Shown here piece by piece: positions 61,415 through 64,000 of a stretch of DNA of 64,000 bases. The stretch spans positions 37,209,590 through 37,273,589 of the forward strand of contig NC_092387.1 in assembly GCF_030028105.1 (NCBI RefSeq), written 5' to 3'. Source of the stretch: Mobula birostris (lineage: Eukaryota). Positions within the stretch are counted from its first letter, which is position 1. Each line of letters begins with the position of its first letter. Made by a program: the position numbers and the translations under genes. Below the pieces are notes generated by a model. It searched no databases. It worked only from the letters and a program-made list of their open reading frames with translations, and was not told where the DNA came from.

Positions 61415-62965
61415 TAAGACCATCAGACATAGGAGTAGAATTAGGCCAATCAGCCCATCAAGTCTGCTCCACCATTCCAACATGGCTGATCCTGGATTCC
61501 ACTCAACCTCATACACCTGCCTGCTCATCATATCCTTTGATGCCCTGACCGATCAGGAAACAATCAACTTCTGCCTTAAATATACGCATGAACTTGGTTC
61601 CACCGCAGTTTGTGGCAGACCATTCCTCAGATTTATTACTCTATGGCTAATAAAAAAATTCCTCCTTACTTCTGTTCTAAAAGGTCACCCCTCAGTTTTG
61701 AGGCTGTGCCCTCTAGTTCTGGATACCCCCGCCAGAGGAAATATCCTCTCCACATCCACCCTATTTAGTCCTTTCAACATTTGGTAGGTTTCAATGAGAT
61801 CCCTTCTCCTCCACCTCCCCCCCCCCCGCCACATTCTTCTAAATTCCAGTGAGTACAGGCCCAAAGCTGCCAACTATTCCTCGAATGTTAACCTCTGCAT
61901 TTCCTGGAATCATCCTCGTGAACCTCTGGACTCCCTCTGATGGCAACGCATCCTTTCTGAGATATGGGGCCCCAAACCCTCGACCATACTCTTCAAGTGT
62001 GGCCTGAATAGTGTCTTATAAACCCTCAGCATTATCTCCTTCCTTTTTATTCTATTCTTGAAATAAATGCCAATATTGCATTTGCCTTCTTTACCACAGA
62101 CTCAACCTGTAAATTAACCTTCAGGAAGTCTTGCACGAGGACTCTGAGTCCTGCTGCACCTCTGATGTTTAAACCTTCTCCTGGTTTAGATAATAGTCCA
62201 CACTATTGTTCCTTTTATCAAAATGCATTATCGTACATTTCCCAATGTCCATTCGCCACATTTTTGGCCATTCTTCCAACTCGCATAAGTCCTGCAATCA
62301 CATTGCTTCCTCAGCACCACCTAACTCTCCACCTATCTTTGTATCATCTGCGGACTTTGCCACAAAGCTATCAATTCCGTTATCTAAATCACTGACAAAC
62401 AATGTGAAAAGTAGTGGTCCCAATACTGACTCCTGAGGAACACCACTAGTCACCCAGCAGCAAACCAGAAAAGGCCCCTTTTATTCTCACTTGCTGCCTC
62501 CTGCCTGTCAGCCATTCCGCTATGCATGCCAGTAATTTTCCTGTAATGCCTTAGGATTTTAACTTGTTAAGCAGCCTCATGTTTAGCACCATTTTATCAA
62601 ACAACTTCTGAAAATCCAAGTAAATGACATCCACTGCCTCTCCTTTGTCCACGCTGCTTGTTACTTCCTCGAAGAACTCTAACAGATTTGTCAGGCAAAA
62701 TTTTCCTTTACAGATACCATGCTGACTTTGACTTCTTTTATCATTAGTCTCCAAGTACCTCAAAACCTTGTCCTTAATAATAGACTCCCAGCACTTTTCC
62801 AACCACTTAGGCTAACTGGCCTATAGTTTTCATTCTTTTGCCTTTCTCCCTTCTTAAAGAATGGTGGCATTTGCAACTGTTCATTCCTCTGGGACCATGC
62901 CAGAATCAAGTGATTCTGAAAGACCATGACCACTGCATCTCTTGTCTCTTCAGCAGCCTTCCTAA
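61415..62965 (-). mobile_element. CR1 LINE ORF2 (RT) fragment and 3' UTR
   Basis: Translations NYRPVSL, SQHGICKGKFCLTNLLEFFEEVT...VDVIYLDFQK and SRTRGHSLK, with frameshifts. Confidence 0.9.
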
Positions 62966-64000
62966 GGTTTGTATTTTCCCTCAGAATTAATTCTAGAGGC
63001 TTGTCCACCACCTAAATTAGACTAATTGGCCTTTGAGTACTTGATTTAACTGCCCTTGTCCCCTATCACTATAGAACTACATTCTATCAATTTCCAGATT
63101 ATGAACTCTGTTCCTTTTGTTGCTTTTCCCAGCTGCTACCAGTTGAGGGAGCTGCTCGTACCTGTCGAGGTAGCTGCACTAGGCATGGAACTGTGCGACT
63201 TGTAATAGGTGAGGTCCTCGATCTGGTTCTTTGCAGCAGCAAAATGTGGGTAGGATCCAGGTCTACTCTGTTTTCATGGGGCCCTTGGTTTTCCTTGGTT
63301 GCGTGATACAAACTCGTAATTCACTGTTTTACTACTTTAATCTTCACCACTTATAGGACAATCACTGATCTTTCTTTATAATCTGCTCTTAGGTCATGCC
63401 AATATCATGATGTACTGAATGTCAGCAATTGTTCAAAGAACATTAACCAATGGCACTGCTGGTCCATTGTGACATGTACATTTTCAGCCACGCATGCCTA
63501 CTCTGTCGAATTGGGATCATTTTCACAATGTACACTATGGAAATCAAGACAATCCAATAGGGTGTTTGACAACCCTAAGGAGCCTATCAGGATCACTTGG
63601 AACTTTACCTTACTGATGGTGCCCGTGTGGGTCCTTCCTACAATTTACCTGAATAACATCAGGAGCATTTTGTACTAATGGGAACAGCGGGAATTCTTTC
63701 TTCAAAGTGAGCTGTGGTGTAATTTTTTTTTCTTTGATGTAAGCCCTTGTCTCATAAAATCTTCCCTCATTTATGCTTCCCTCTCAGATAAAATCCATGA
63801 AGTATCCATCTCCTTGCATGATTTTTTTTTGCCAGAGCCCAGGGAATTCAATCCCTCATTCCTGCACCCCCCCACCCCCCAGCACCACCCTGGAAGTGAT
63901 CTTGGGGATTTCCTTGAACAGGGTCTTAATTGGTATACGTTCCTATTAATATAATGAAATTAAATACTGATAACCCCTTGAACTTGGTGGCCAGCATCAT

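Noticed and set aside
1-64000. CRISPR arrays, operons, rRNA or prokaryotic defence systems
   Set aside because: The sequence is intron- and retroelement-rich vertebrate DNA. I saw no regularly spaced repeat-spacer array or rRNA similarity.

Overview
This is vertebrate genomic DNA, not prokaryotic. The repeat families (CR1, Rex/Babar, Penelope, HE1/V-SINE-like) suggest a cartilaginous fish, probably a ray (inference). About half the window is transposon relics, so almost all ORFs in the supplied track are TE fragments or noise. Two host genes can be spliced by hand. (1) A complete 3-exon eIF4E-binding protein gene on + (41236-52118, 112 aa, best match EIF4EBP2), with a CpG-rich 5' region and a probably long 3' UTR. 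(2) A divergently oriented, unnamed multi-EF-hand gene on - (four in-phase coding exons, 27240-22960, 158 aa so far, 3' end not found). The most notable hidden structure is a young Penelope-like element (PLE) family whose terminal repeat carries a minimal hammerhead ribozyme. There are at least 6 readable copies, one with a fully canonical core. The family also inserts as inverted pairs, giving a ~500-bp-arm inverted repeat and a near-perfect 199-bp palindrome in the 4E-BP intron. Hammerheads in PLEs are established biology, so this is a good local example rather than a new system. TE boundaries are approximate unless a target-site duplication (TSD) is quoted.
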